From an uncultured Bacteriovorax sp. (GTDB lineage Bacteria; Bdellovibrionota; Bacteriovoracia; Bacteriovoracales; Bacteriovoracaceae), in NCBI GenBank assembly GCA_964456675.1, contig CAYWBR010000002.1:19215-83214 (forward strand): DNA of 64,000 nucleotides. Direction: 5' to 3'. The notes under the pieces are model-generated. The model was not told where the DNA came from and did not search any database. It was given only the letters and a program-made list of their open reading frames with translations. Positions 35,731-46,254 of the stretch are shown one piece after another; position 1 is the stretch's first letter, and each line of letters starts with the position of its first letter. The position numbers were made by a program, and so were the translations under genes.

Positions 35731-36345
35731 CTAGTGGCAAATTCCACTAAAACGAATATTCATTTTTACTAAGCCAGGAGGGCATGGTGGACTATTTTCC
35801 ATAGAAAAAGCAGAATCATCTAGGCAGATATAGCTATTAACTTCAGCACCATCAAAATCGCAACTTCGCTCATTATGATAAAGTCCCAACGTGCCAGTGG
35901 TATAAAAATTTGGGGCAAGTAAGTCTTTTGTTACAAACTTTTTTTCGGGCATATCATCGTTAAAGGCACAAAGATAAATGGTGGCAAATAAGGACTCGCC
36001 ACTAAGACCTTTGACCTTACTTATAACCAATATATCGTTATCAGAACTTTTTCCCACATAGATACTCTTTATCCCTCCCCCCATAGTACTGACAATTGAC
36101 CAAGGATTAACATAGTGGGAAGAGCGCGAGGCATCTCCCGTGAATCGATAGGTTGTAATATTATTAACTCTGTCAAATTTACAGGAATACTTTTCTAAAG
36201 CCTTATTAACAAGCCCTCGCTCTTTGCTCTCTGCTATTCCAGAAAAAACTGAAAACGGATCAAAACTCGGTGCCACGGAACGTCTTCTAGCAAAATCACA
36301 ACTACTGATAAAAACTAAAATTAAAACGATTAAAGATTTTATCAT
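35731..36345 (-). CDS. Hypothetical lipoprotein
   Basis: FISSC lipobox and several Cys. Confidence 0.7.
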   Translation of the reverse strand: MIKSLIVLILVFISSCDFARRRSVAPSFDPFSVFSGIAESKERGLVNKALEKYSCKFDRVNNITTYRFTGDASRSSHYVNPWSIVSTMGGGIKSIYVGKSSDNDILVISKVKGLSGESLFATIYLCAFNDDMPEKKFVTKDLLAPNFYTTGTLGLYHNERSCDFDGAEVNSYICLDDSAFSMENSPPCPPGLVKMNIRFSGICH

Positions 36346-36372
36346 AAACCATGCCTTTCGTTATCTTCGATA

Positions 36373-38721
36373 TTAATATGCCTCTAAATCTAGTCTATAC
36401 AAGCTATTATCTTCAAAGATTTTTTTATCCATCCTTACTTCACGATACTGCCCTTTTAAAAATAATGAAAGTTGATTTTTCCTAAAGACCGATAGCCCAT
36501 GCCCCGATATCCCAAGAGGCAAAACCCCACGAGTCTTATCAATCGCTCCAAAATCAACAATTCGTCTAACTGATGGGCCGGCCTTAACCGCAAAGCCTTC
36601 ATTAAATTGCCCCCATTTCATATTATTAATTTCGTTGAAAGCCCCACTAACAGGATGGGGTCCCTCATTGAAAAAATAATTTAGTGGAAACACCAACCCA
36701 AGAGGATGAACGAACTCTAGAGTATGCAGTTTTCCCCATACCCATTTTTCGCGATTTTCACCGAGAGTATTAATCAATTCCTCCAATGCTTGGTTAAACG
36801 AAGCTATCACCAGTTCGCGATCTTTAGAATTGGCGGGACTTAAATTCTTTAATACCCTAGCTAATCTAAACCATTCTGCTGGAAATTGAGAAAACGTATT
36901 TTTCTCATCGCTGCTAAACCCTGTTAGCGAATTCATTGAAATAAACTTTAACCAGGTATAAAAAAACAAGGGAGAGCGATCCTCGGCATCGGAAATTCCA
37001 TCCCACTGGAACAGCTCATCCTTAAAACTACTTCCAAGAAAAGTTAGCTCTTTATCAGTTAAAAATTCCAAAAGGAAACTCAATCTACTTTTTGAATTAA
37101 TATTTACATTGAGTGTTTGTAACTCTTCAATTTCCTCTACTGACCATTGCTCTTTTTGATTTAAAAGAGTAAATATTGTTTCAAACCTTTCACTTGGTTG
37201 AAACTCTCCGCGAATATTTTTGGGAAAATCTTTAGGTCTTGAATTAGCCGATACAATTATTCCGCTTTCAGGGTTTTCAGCGTGAGGTAAGTCAGAAAAT
37301 GCTACTTTTTCACTTGGTAAATTCGACAAACTCTCACCAATCAAAATCTGATCCGTTTTAGTTCCCATGGGCTTTATTTCGACTTCACCAAAAAGCCACC
37401 AACCTATATTATTTTCATTATCAGCATAAAGAATATTTAACCCCGGAGCCACTCCTGTTGCCACGGCATTTTTAAATTCTTGCATGTTTTTTGCTTCTCG
37501 CATTTTATAAAGTGAAGTTAATGGATCATTGTGTATTTTAAACACTGACCAGTGAAGAGCGATATTTTGAAATCGTTTTTCTGATTGATCTAAAACATGG
37601 TTCAATATAGGTCCAAAAATTGATTTTTTTACTTCAAGCTCAATATTTTTCTGCCCTTTTACTGGAAGACTTACAATACTTTTTTGAAAAGGAATAAATT
37701 TATTATCTAATAAATAATTATTGCCACTTTCATCAACTTTTAAACGATATAAATCCATATCATCTGTTAAACTCATGGTTAACCCCCATGCCTTGTCATG
37801 GGAATGATACAATACCGGTAGCGCAATCAAGGGTAAAAAATGGCCATAGTCATTTTTTAAAATTTGTTTTTGTTCATTTTCTACAAATAAATGTGCTTCC
37901 ATCCATAAATTGGGCTTAGAAAACGTAATATGGGGATCGTTCGCAAGAATTGCCTTACCACTTTTTGAACGATTAGGGCCAATTAACCACCCATTGGAAC
38001 CTTCAAGAGGCGAGAAAGCACGAATGAGAAAATGGTGTAATTCCTCTACCTGGGAAACTTTTTGAAAAATATTTTCCGGCTCACTTCTAATTTCTTGATA
38101 AAAATCTTTATCGAGTTTTTCTTGCATTAAAGATAAGAATGAATCTTGCCGTAAACCAATGCCAAAACTATAAGACATATACCCAATAAATGCATAGCCA
38201 TCATCGATTGAAAAACTTCTTACGGGAATGCCTGCGAGCCAAAACTCCAGAGGTCGAGGATGAGTGGCAACATATTCGTTAACCCCTTCGTAAAACCAGT
38301 TTAGTTCATTTTCTAAATCTTTTGGTAAGGGATGATTTTTTCTTACGTTTTTAAAATGATCGACAAAATTAAGCGTACGGTAGAGTTTATCTACTTTTAG
38401 TGCTTTCTCTCCAAAAATTTCGGCCAACTCTCCTCTGGCCACTCGACGATGAATTTCCATTTGAAACCATCGCTCACTAACCATCAAGTAGCCGAGTGCT
38501 CTAATAACATCTTTTCGATTCGCTCCCTTTATATGAGGAACCCCCCAAGTATCACGCACGATAGTTACTTTATTTTCTAGACCTTTAAATTGCACCACCC
38601 CTGACATTTTAGGCTTTGTAAGTAATAAATAACCATAGATCGATGCACACACAATAATGCCAAAAAAGCTCAAACCCACTAGAGAATATTTTAAAAATTT
38701 ACTTTTTATGATTTTTTTCAT
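36373..38721 (-). CDS. Penicillin/AHL acylase family Ntn-hydrolase
   Basis: N-terminal anchor, RDTWGVPHI, GSNGW nucleophile, LANDPH and GPSVRRIVD motifs. Confidence 0.92.
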   Translation of the reverse strand: MKKIIKSKFLKYSLVGLSFFGIIVCASIYGYLLLTKPKMSGVVQFKGLENKVTIVRDTWGVPHIKGANRKDVIRALGYLMVSERWFQMEIHRRVARGELAEIFGEKALKVDKLYRTLNFVDHFKNVRKNHPLPKDLENELNWFYEGVNEYVATHPRPLEFWLAGIPVRSFSIDDGYAFIGYMSYSFGIGLRQDSFLSLMQEKLDKDFYQEIRSEPENIFQKVSQVEELHHFLIRAFSPLEGSNGWLIGPNRSKSGKAILANDPHITFSKPNLWMEAHLFVENEQKQILKNDYGHFLPLIALPVLYHSHDKAWGLTMSLTDDMDLYRLKVDESGNNYLLDNKFIPFQKSIVSLPVKGQKNIELEVKKSIFGPILNHVLDQSEKRFQNIALHWSVFKIHNDPLTSLYKMREAKNMQEFKNAVATGVAPGLNILYADNENNIGWWLFGEVEIKPMGTKTDQILIGESLSNLPSEKVAFSDLPHAENPESGIIVSANSRPKDFPKNIRGEFQPSERFETIFTLLNQKEQWSVEEIEELQTLNVNINSKSRLSFLLEFLTDKELTFLGSSFKDELFQWDGISDAEDRSPLFFYTWLKFISMNSLTGFSSDEKNTFSQFPAEWFRLARVLKNLSPANSKDRELVIASFNQALEELINTLGENREKWVWGKLHTLEFVHPLGLVFPLNYFFNEGPHPVSGAFNEINNMKWGQFNEGFAVKAGPSVRRIVDFGAIDKTRGVLPLGISGHGLSVFRKNQLSLFLKGQYREVRMDKKIFEDNSLYRLDLEAY

Positions 38722-38813
38722 TATTTACCTTATTAGTTATTTTTTAATTAATTAGAACAATAGATTAATAAAGTGACTAGAAAAATTGTTGATTTTATGA
38801 AACCATTAATCAT

Positions 38814-39539
38814 ATGAATCAAGCTCAAAATACTAGATTAATCTTACCTGATCTGTTGCGTTTAATCGCAATTGCACTAATGGTTTTTTATCATTTCTCT
38901 TACGATTTAGTGTTCTTTAAAATTCTAAACTTTGACATTATGGCACATCCTTTTTGGTGGTTTTTGCCTAGATTAATAGTTTTTTTATTTCTATTTACAG
39001 CAGGTTTTTCTCTTGCAATTGCCCATCAAAAAAAACTGAATATTAAAAAATTTTTTAAGCGCTTTCTGCAAATCACGCTTAGTGCACTTTTAATTTCAAT
39101 AGTCACTTATAAAATATTTCCATCGCGTTGGATTTATTTTGGTACACTCCATTGCATCGCTCTATCAAGTCTAATAACCGTTTACCTATTAACGTATCCT
39201 AAAATTTTAGGTGCTATTGGTTTTCTCTTATTTTCCTTTTCAATAGCAGGATACGATATACCTTGGATAAATTTAGGCCATAGCTCATTAGACTATGTGG
39301 AATTATTCCCATGGATCGGCGCGTCTTTTTTAGGTGTTTTCGCCTATAACACCTACCTCACTTCACATTTCTGTCGTAAATTTGAAGATTTTAATGTCTT
39401 CAAAACTAAATTCTTTAAGTATCTTCAAAAAATCTCTGAACACTCGCTTTTAATTTATCTTACTCACCAGCCAATTTTGTTTGGCCTTTTCTTTATCATC
39501 AATTGGCTTTTTCAATTAAATATCGAATTCCTAAGCTAG
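38814..39539 (+). CDS. DUF1624 / HGSNAT-like membrane protein
   Basis: DLLR.IAI.LMV.YH, FGTLHCI and HSL.IYL.HQP motifs, with multiple TM helices. Confidence 0.8.
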   Translation: MNQAQNTRLILPDLLRLIAIALMVFYHFSYDLVFFKILNFDIMAHPFWWFLPRLIVFLFLFTAGFSLAIAHQKKLNIKKFFKRFLQITLSALLISIVTYKIFPSRWIYFGTLHCIALSSLITVYLLTYPKILGAIGFLLFSFSIAGYDIPWINLGHSSLDYVELFPWIGASFLGVFAYNTYLTSHFCRKFEDFNVFKTKFFKYLQKISEHSLLIYLTHQPILFGLFFIINWLFQLNIEFLS

Positions 39540-39591
39540 AGAATTAGTGCTACAGTAACCTCCAAATTAACCAATCCGAGTAAAGGCAACT

Positions 39592-41235
39592 ATGAATTAT
39601 AAAAATCTCAACTGGGATAAATTAGAACGTACTATTGGTGGATTAAAATTCGCAGTAGTAATTGTACTCATTTTTACCGTATTCATGATAGCTGGAACTT
39701 TTATTGAGAGCTATTACGGAACGGACTTCGCCAATCGTGCTGTATATAAAACCACTCCATTTATGTTGGTTCAGTTTTTCATGATGCTTTCAATAATATT
39801 CGCAGCATTTTTAAGACTACCACCCAAAAAAAGGCTTTACGGATTTTACACTATACATACTGGTTTAGTTATTATCGGCATGGGCTCGTTTATCACATAT
39901 GTTGCAGGAGTCGATGGCTCCATCACCCTGGCCCCAAACTCCCCAAATCAAACAGTTGTTCTAAATAGAGATGTATTAAAAATAATTTATCCAGAGGAAG
40001 GAAAGCAAGTTACGCAATTTCTTCCGAATGCTGCTTTTAAAACAACTATTAATGAAACTTATGATGGTTTCTCATTTAATGATTACTATCCATTCGCTGA
40101 ACCCGAATTTTCTTGGCAAGAACCAATCGGTAAATATCCGGCTGAAGCTTTCTACCATTCCTCTACATATTTTTTAAAAAATGCATTTGCTACTCAAGAA
40201 TTCACTTTATCCCTTCATCCTGAAGCCACAGAATTTGAAAGTACCATGACCATGGGCCCGTTAAGTGTCTCATATCTTCCCTATGGAATGGCGCCATGTT
40301 TTGCCAAAAATAACCCAACCAAACTCATATTGTGGAATGGAACCACTCACACTTGCACAACGCCAGAAGATAACAAAGTTAAAATCAATACAACATCAGA
40401 AGGAAAAAGGTTTTTAGTAATAGAAGAAAATGGTGAATTACTTACCTATTTTCCAGATGTATCTCCTTTTCCTCTCGATCAAAATATGCAAATCAAAAAA
40501 GGCTCTGAGTCTAGGGTTTTTTCAAAAAAAATTTTCGAAGAGAAACCTCATCTTTTTTTGTTTGGAAAAGCTCTTGCATTCTATAATAAAGAAGAAAAAG
40601 TGTGGGTAACTAATCAGCTCAATGAACTTGGAAAAGCAGAAATTCTTCCTTGGATGGGTTCCGAAATTACACTTATGAAGCACGTTGATGATAAGGTGCC
40701 AACCAACTCTCCAACTCCGGTTGTTCCCATTCAACAAAATGGTCAACTTGTAAAAGGCAATATTCGCGCACTATCACTTGTTGCCGATGGAAAAAAATAT
40801 TGGATCACCAATTCTGCTCCTTTATCATTAAATGTCGGAGGAAAAAGGGTGAATTTTTATGTCACCAAAGAAACTCTGACAATGCCCTTTGAATTAGTTT
40901 TGACTAAATTTAAAATGGATAAAGATCCAGGAACGAATAACCCCGCTAGTTATGAATCATTTGTTCGCTTGTTTACAAACTCCGGCAGTGAAAATCACCA
41001 TATTTATATGAATCACCCATTGAAGTTTAGCGGCTTTACTTTTTATCAAGCAAGCTATGGGCAAGATGCTTCTGGAAATTACCAATCGACTCTTTCGGTC
41101 AATGTTGATCAAGGAAGGCCTTTAAAATATTTAGGAAGTTTAATGTTAGTTTTTGGTTCTTGGTGGCATTTCACACTTAACCGAAAAAAAAATAAAAATT
41201 CAAAAGACGAAAATCAATCAGGAGTAAAGGCATGA
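39592..41235 (+). CDS. resB: Cytochrome c biogenesis System II ResB/CcsB protein
   Basis: GTFIESYYG, IHTGLVII, YMNHPL and FYQASY motifs. Three N-terminal TMs plus one C-terminal TM. Confidence 0.88.
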   Translation: MNYKNLNWDKLERTIGGLKFAVVIVLIFTVFMIAGTFIESYYGTDFANRAVYKTTPFMLVQFFMMLSIIFAAFLRLPPKKRLYGFYTIHTGLVIIGMGSFITYVAGVDGSITLAPNSPNQTVVLNRDVLKIIYPEEGKQVTQFLPNAAFKTTINETYDGFSFNDYYPFAEPEFSWQEPIGKYPAEAFYHSSTYFLKNAFATQEFTLSLHPEATEFESTMTMGPLSVSYLPYGMAPCFAKNNPTKLILWNGTTHTCTTPEDNKVKINTTSEGKRFLVIEENGELLTYFPDVSPFPLDQNMQIKKGSESRVFSKKIFEEKPHLFLFGKALAFYNKEEKVWVTNQLNELGKAEILPWMGSEITLMKHVDDKVPTNSPTPVVPIQQNGQLVKGNIRALSLVADGKKYWITNSAPLSLNVGGKRVNFYVTKETLTMPFELVLTKFKMDKDPGTNNPASYESFVRLFTNSGSENHHIYMNHPLKFSGFTFYQASYGQDASGNYQSTLSVNVDQGRPLKYLGSLMLVFGSWWHFTLNRKKNKNSKDENQSGVKA

Positions 41236-42851
41236 AAGCCTCAATTTTATCAATTATATTCTTTGGCCTATTTATTCTCGGATGGCAAAATCCCGCTACC
41301 GCCAATGACTTTTCAAAAAGCTATTTTTGTAAAAATGAGTTAGAGTCGCTCCCCATTTTACAGGGGGGAAGAATAAAACCACTTTTTGTTCACGCTAATG
41401 AATCGATAAAACAACTCACAGGTAAAACTAAAGTGGGTCAATACTCGGCAACAGAGGCTTATTGTCTATTGTCTACCGAGGGCCTAGGTATTCCAAGTGA
41501 AATTAATTTGCTAGCTAGAATAGACCATGTGGATGTTCAAAAACTTTTAAATTTAAAAAATGATGTCCACGAAATTTCCTATAAGGAGCTACTTCATTTT
41601 GAAGAACTATTGCGCATTGAAATTCAGAAACAAAAAGTAGATTCATCTTATAAAAAATCACTTGTGGCACTATTTAATGGAATATTTTTATATAAAGAAA
41701 TTAAAAATGGTGAAAATTGGCAACTGGCCGAGCCAAATCCCGAAAGCGCAACAGAATCTCAAAAAATTCAAAATGATAACCGCCACCATGGAGTCTTATG
41801 GGTTCCCTTAGTTGTTTATTTAACTGAACAAAAAATTATCGAGCAAAAAAATAAAGAACCAGGAATTGATCCCTTCCTTCCAGTTTTAATGCAATCGAAA
41901 AAAACATATATTGATGCCAATGGCGAAAAATTTTTAATGGAGCTTACTTATGTTAAGGCCCATCTTCCAGAAATTGCCTTATTTCTATCACTTTTAGGTT
42001 TAGCACTTTTAGTTTTAGTTAAAAATCCACTTGTTGCTATAAGCATGGCCGGCCTAACAGTTGTTATTCAAACTGCAATTCTTGCTTTTAGGATAATGAT
42101 CTCTGGTCGTGCACCAATCACTAATATGTATGAAACAGTCCTTTTCTCCGGGCACGGCGCTTTAGTATTGGCCATGGCCATTGGGCATTTTAAAAAACAA
42201 ACTCTCTATATTTATATGGGACTTGCATACAACGTTTGCGCATTGATGATGCTTAACTTTGCCGGCGGCATGCTTTCAGCTTCGATCTCTCCCTTAGTAC
42301 CTGTATTACGCGATAATTTTTGGCTAGCAACTCATGTTACTACAATTATTCTTTCCTACGGAGCACTTGCTCTTAGTTGGATCCTTGCCAACACAGCTCT
42401 TGTAAAAAGAAAATTAGGAAAATTTACAGTCAAAGATGATTTAGTCTACGCTGATGTGATCTACACGACTCTCAAGTGGGGAACTACGCTTCTTGCCGCA
42501 GGGATTATTCTAGGTGGTGTGTGGGCCGACTATTCTTGGGGACGCTTCTGGGGCTGGGACCCAAAAGAGACATGGTCGCTCATCGTACTATGTTTTTACA
42601 TGGCAATTCTTCATGGGCGCTATACTTCATGGATAAAACCAGATCGCTTCATTACTGTCACGGCCCTGGCATTTATGTCTGTTATGATGGCATGGTTTGG
42701 TGTGAACTACATATTGGCTTCAGGTCTCCATTCGTACGGTTTTAGCCAGGGGGGGGCATTTTTCTTAGCTACATTTTTCACGCTACAAATACTACTAGTC
42801 CTCTTTACGTATAAATCTAAAAGTTTAGCAACGGTGCCAGGCACACTTTAG
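41232..42851 (+). CDS. ccsA: Cytochrome c biogenesis System II heme synthetase CcsA/ResC
   Basis: WADYSWGRFWGWDPKETW (WWD), APITNMYE and GLHSYG motifs. Confidence 0.95.
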   Translation: MKASILSIIFFGLFILGWQNPATANDFSKSYFCKNELESLPILQGGRIKPLFVHANESIKQLTGKTKVGQYSATEAYCLLSTEGLGIPSEINLLARIDHVDVQKLLNLKNDVHEISYKELLHFEELLRIEIQKQKVDSSYKKSLVALFNGIFLYKEIKNGENWQLAEPNPESATESQKIQNDNRHHGVLWVPLVVYLTEQKIIEQKNKEPGIDPFLPVLMQSKKTYIDANGEKFLMELTYVKAHLPEIALFLSLLGLALLVLVKNPLVAISMAGLTVVIQTAILAFRIMISGRAPITNMYETVLFSGHGALVLAMAIGHFKKQTLYIYMGLAYNVCALMMLNFAGGMLSASISPLVPVLRDNFWLATHVTTIILSYGALALSWILANTALVKRKLGKFTVKDDLVYADVIYTTLKWGTTLLAAGIILGGVWADYSWGRFWGWDPKETWSLIVLCFYMAILHGRYTSWIKPDRFITVTALAFMSVMMAWFGVNYILASGLHSYGFSQGGAFFLATFFTLQILLVLFTYKSKSLATVPGTL

Positions 42852-42857
42852 ATAAAA

Positions 42858-42874
42858 TTGACGTTTATTTGACA
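42858..42874 (+). promoter_or_regulatory. 11-bp-phased direct repeat (TTGACG-N5-TTGACA), candidate OmpR/PhoB-type box
   Basis: Two repeats exactly 11 bp apart, 32 nt upstream of the HK start. Confidence 0.5.
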
Positions 42875-42905
42875 ATAGTTTGGAATAATAAGGATAAAAT
42901 AAATT

Positions 42906-44516
42906 ATGCGAAGTTTTATCTTTTTAATGTTTCTTGCCATTGCTTTGTCTATATCGACAACAATTTTAACATTAAGGTTAACAAGTTTTGATATAGCAAA
43001 GCCTCATCATAAAAGAGAAATTCACCACACTTTAACAAAATTTATAAATGAAACGCCCCCGCTTGCAGAGTTAAACCTAACAATACTATACCCTAAACAG
43101 ACGCTCTACCAATTGCTCCCAATGGCAAGTGGGATAAATTCAAACGAAGACAGCGTGCCGTTTACCAATAAAACTAATTGTGAGAAATATTATCTTCCAG
43201 AAAATAAATCACTTAATTACAACTTACTACTTAGTACATTAAGCGACAAAGAAGAAGTGCTAAACCTATTTTTGTGTCGAGTGATCAAAACAATCCCAGA
43301 TGAATTTATAAAAACCCCTCCTTTTATAAGCCAGAATGGAAAAAGCTTTGCCTATCGATTATACAATTCTCAATTTGAGGTTTTTCACAATTCCGATTGG
43401 ATTAAAAATCAAATCTCTTATTTCTCCATAGATGAATTAAAAGAAATTCCTAATGAGCACCTAGATACTCCTTTTCACTATATCAAAGAAATAGATCCCA
43501 AATTAATTTTAGAACTATTAGGAAATACTAAATACATCATAACTAATAAATTTTTTATATCCAAAGATCTCATAAATTCAAATTTACGGTTTTATTCACT
43601 TGATCGCCTTGAAGATCATTTCCAAGAAAAAAACTACATGCTTAAACCCATGGCAATGGGAGCTAAATGCTTTTTTCAAGTATCTAATTTATGCCTAGAC
43701 CGAACCGCCGGATTTGCTAATGAAATTTTTTCTTATCCATTTTACTTTGTCATAAGTTTATCAATTATCATTTTATTAGTTATTTTTGTTTTAACTTTTA
43801 AAAAATTTAAAACTGAAGCTTTGGAAAACGAGCAGAAACGTACAGCTTTTAGAATTTTAACTCACGAACTAAGAACTCCTGTTACCAACATGGTTCTTTT
43901 AAACGGCGAAGCTCAAAAAATACTAAATGAAACGAGCATACCACTAGAAAGTTTGGAAAACATACAATTGAAAATGGAAAATGAAATATACCGACTTAAA
44001 AGATTAGCAGAAAAAAGCTCAAACTATTTAAATGCCACGGAAAAAGGAAATAGATTAAAACTAAATTTAACACCAATATCGAACTTTAGCGAATACATCA
44101 TCGACCTAGTAAATGAGCATTATCCAACTAGTGACTTTGAGTTTTCCGAAGGTTTTTCTAAATCTCATGCTGTAACAATTGACCCCTATTGGTTTCAAAT
44201 TATTTTTAAAAATCTTATCGATAATGCTCAAAAGTATGGGAAGGGAAAAATTAAATTAAATATAGAATGCAAAAATAGTAAACTTGCCATAAGCATTGGC
44301 GACCAAGGAATTTTTCCATATAAAAACTTAAATGAAGCTATTAAAAACGCAACTCCCTCGGATAAAGGCTTAGGAATTGGATTGAGCATTGTTAAAACAA
44401 TTGTCGAATCGATGCAAGGGAGCCTAGAATTAATTAATTCGCCAACCACATTTATTATCTGGTTAAAAACGTGTAACGAAAGTGAAAATTATGGCAAACA
44501 AAATTTTGATCATTGA
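42906..44516 (+). CDS. Membrane sensor histidine kinase
   Basis: Two TMs, the H-box LTHELRTP, NLIDNA..Y, DQG and GLGIGLSIV. Confidence 0.93.
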   Translation: MRSFIFLMFLAIALSISTTILTLRLTSFDIAKPHHKREIHHTLTKFINETPPLAELNLTILYPKQTLYQLLPMASGINSNEDSVPFTNKTNCEKYYLPENKSLNYNLLLSTLSDKEEVLNLFLCRVIKTIPDEFIKTPPFISQNGKSFAYRLYNSQFEVFHNSDWIKNQISYFSIDELKEIPNEHLDTPFHYIKEIDPKLILELLGNTKYIITNKFFISKDLINSNLRFYSLDRLEDHFQEKNYMLKPMAMGAKCFFQVSNLCLDRTAGFANEIFSYPFYFVISLSIIILLVIFVLTFKKFKTEALENEQKRTAFRILTHELRTPVTNMVLLNGEAQKILNETSIPLESLENIQLKMENEIYRLKRLAEKSSNYLNATEKGNRLKLNLTPISNFSEYIIDLVNEHYPTSDFEFSEGFSKSHAVTIDPYWFQIIFKNLIDNAQKYGKGKIKLNIECKNSKLAISIGDQGIFPYKNLNEAIKNATPSDKGLGIGLSIVKTIVESMQGSLELINSPTTFIIWLKTCNESENYGKQNFDH

Positions 44517-45258
44517 AGATGATCCAACTCTAAATGAATCACTAAAAAAAATTCTTAATGAAGAAAACTATGAAGTAATTAATTTTTTTGACGTCAAAAC
44601 AGCAAAAAAATTTCTTACGGAATCAATTTCAGATAAATCTCAACCAAGTTTTGATTTAGGTATAATTGATTGGATGTTGCCCGACGGACAAGGGATTGAT
44701 GTAATTAAAGAGATTCGCCATATAACCCCAACCATACCACTTATCTTATTGACAGCACGAAATGATTTAATTGATAAAATAATTGGGTTAGAGTCAGGGG
44801 CCAATGATTATCTTACAAAGCCATTTGAATCAAGAGAATTAATTGCAAGGATCAGGGCCCAACTTCGTACAAAAAATGCTATTGAAAAAGAAGCAAGCAA
44901 ATTTCCAATTAAAAACCAAGAATACTCACATGAAGAAGCCACAATTATTTCGAAAACAAACATCATAAAACATAATTCTCTTTCTTTTGATAGCTTTAAC
45001 AGAGAATTTTTTTATAACGATAATCCAATAGTTCTAACAAAAATGGAGTTCGAATTTTTGAAATTATTGATTGAAAACCCTAAAAAAACATTCTCAAGGG
45101 AGCATTTGCTTGATTTGGTTTGGGGTTACGATAATTTTCCGACAACTAGAACAATTGATACTCACGTTTTACAACTTCGACAAAAAATATCTGATGACGT
45201 AATCGAAACTATTCGAGGATTAGGTTATCGTTTGGGAACATGTCTAAACAAATCATAA
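44491..45258 (+). CDS. OmpR/PhoB-family response regulator
   Basis: IIEDD, IDWMLPD, LLTAR and KPF, plus a wHTH with RTIDTHV..LRQK and TIRGLGY. Start moved to MANK. Confidence 0.95.
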   Translation: MANKILIIEDDPTLNESLKKILNEENYEVINFFDVKTAKKFLTESISDKSQPSFDLGIIDWMLPDGQGIDVIKEIRHITPTIPLILLTARNDLIDKIIGLESGANDYLTKPFESRELIARIRAQLRTKNAIEKEASKFPIKNQEYSHEEATIISKTNIIKHNSLSFDSFNREFFYNDNPIVLTKMEFEFLKLLIENPKKTFSREHLLDLVWGYDNFPTTRTIDTHVLQLRQKISDDVIETIRGLGYRLGTCLNKS

Positions 45259-45260
45259 AA

Positions 45261-45288
45261 TTGACAAACAATTGACTTTCAACTGACT
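45261..45288 (+). promoter_or_regulatory. Three 11-bp-phased repeats (TTGACA/TTGACT/CTGACT), candidate OmpR/PhoB-type box
   Basis: Copies start at 45261, 45272 and 45283, upstream of dsbA. Confidence 0.6.
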
Positions 45289-45367
45289 GATATAAAAATT
45301 AACTCTGCTAGGATTAATTCATAGATAATCATAACGATTGATCTATTACTGCTTTGGAGTGTTTTAT

Positions 45368-46201
45368 ATGCAACTGTCAAAAATCGCCGTTACTTCGATT
45401 CCTCTCTCCGTATCGAAAATGGTATCCATCTCTGTACTTGCAGTTATTGCAAGTTCTTGTCAAACTTCGACCATTAATAAGGATGAACTCACACGCACAC
45501 TAAAAGAAAACCCTGAAATAATAAATCAGGCGATTCTTGCTCATCCTGCACAGTACATCGAAACACTCCAATCTGCAGCTAAATTGGCACAAGAAGACAT
45601 TAAAAAGAAACAGGAATTAGAAGAAAAAAACAAACTTGAAGAATCATTTAAAAATCCTCTGGTAGCATCTATTCGACCAGACGAAGCCATCCGTGGAACA
45701 AAAGGGGCACCCATTACTTTGGTAGAGTATTCAGATTTTGAGTGCCCTTTTTGCTCTCGCTCTTATGAAACAGTGAAAAGTTTATTAAAAAAATATGATG
45801 GAAAAATTCAATTTGTCTATAAACACTTACCATTAAATTTTCATGAACAGGCGATGGTTTCCGCTGAATACTATGAAGCAATTCGCTTACAGAACACTGA
45901 AAAAGCATTCAAATTTCATGATGAAATTTTTCAAAACCAAAGAAGTCTAAAAAATGGTAAGAAATTTTTGGATGAAACTGCAAAAAAAATAGGCGTCGAT
46001 ATGAGTCGATTGAATAAAGATTTAAATTCTTCAACCGTAAAAACACGTATAGCTGAAGACATGGCCGAAGCTCAAAAATTTGGAATGCAAGGAACTCCGG
46101 GCTTTCTTTTAAATGGAGTACCAATAAAAGGTGCTTATCCGGAAGAATATTTTGAAGAGATTCTTTCGGAGCTCAAGAAAAGAGGAAAGCTTGCCATATA
46201 G
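45368..46201 (+). CDS. dsbA: DsbA-family thiol-disulfide oxidoreductase (lipoprotein)
   Basis: YSDFECPFC, KHLPL and GTPGF motifs with an ASSC lipobox. Start moved to ATG 45368, which follows a GGAG SD. Confidence 0.85.
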   Translation: MQLSKIAVTSIPLSVSKMVSISVLAVIASSCQTSTINKDELTRTLKENPEIINQAILAHPAQYIETLQSAAKLAQEDIKKKQELEEKNKLEESFKNPLVASIRPDEAIRGTKGAPITLVEYSDFECPFCSRSYETVKSLLKKYDGKIQFVYKHLPLNFHEQAMVSAEYYEAIRLQNTEKAFKFHDEIFQNQRSLKNGKKFLDETAKKIGVDMSRLNKDLNSSTVKTRIAEDMAEAQKFGMQGTPGFLLNGVPIKGAYPEEYFEEILSELKKRGKLAI

Positions 46202-46204
46202 AAA

Positions 46205-46244
46205 AAGTCTTGAACTCTTGGTCCCTCCCATGAGTTCAAGACTT
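46205..46244. terminator. Bidirectional hairpin terminator
   Basis: 13-bp arms AAGTCTTGAACTC / GAGTTCAAGACTT between convergent genes. Confidence 0.75.
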
Positions 46245-46254
46245 GTTTTTAATT

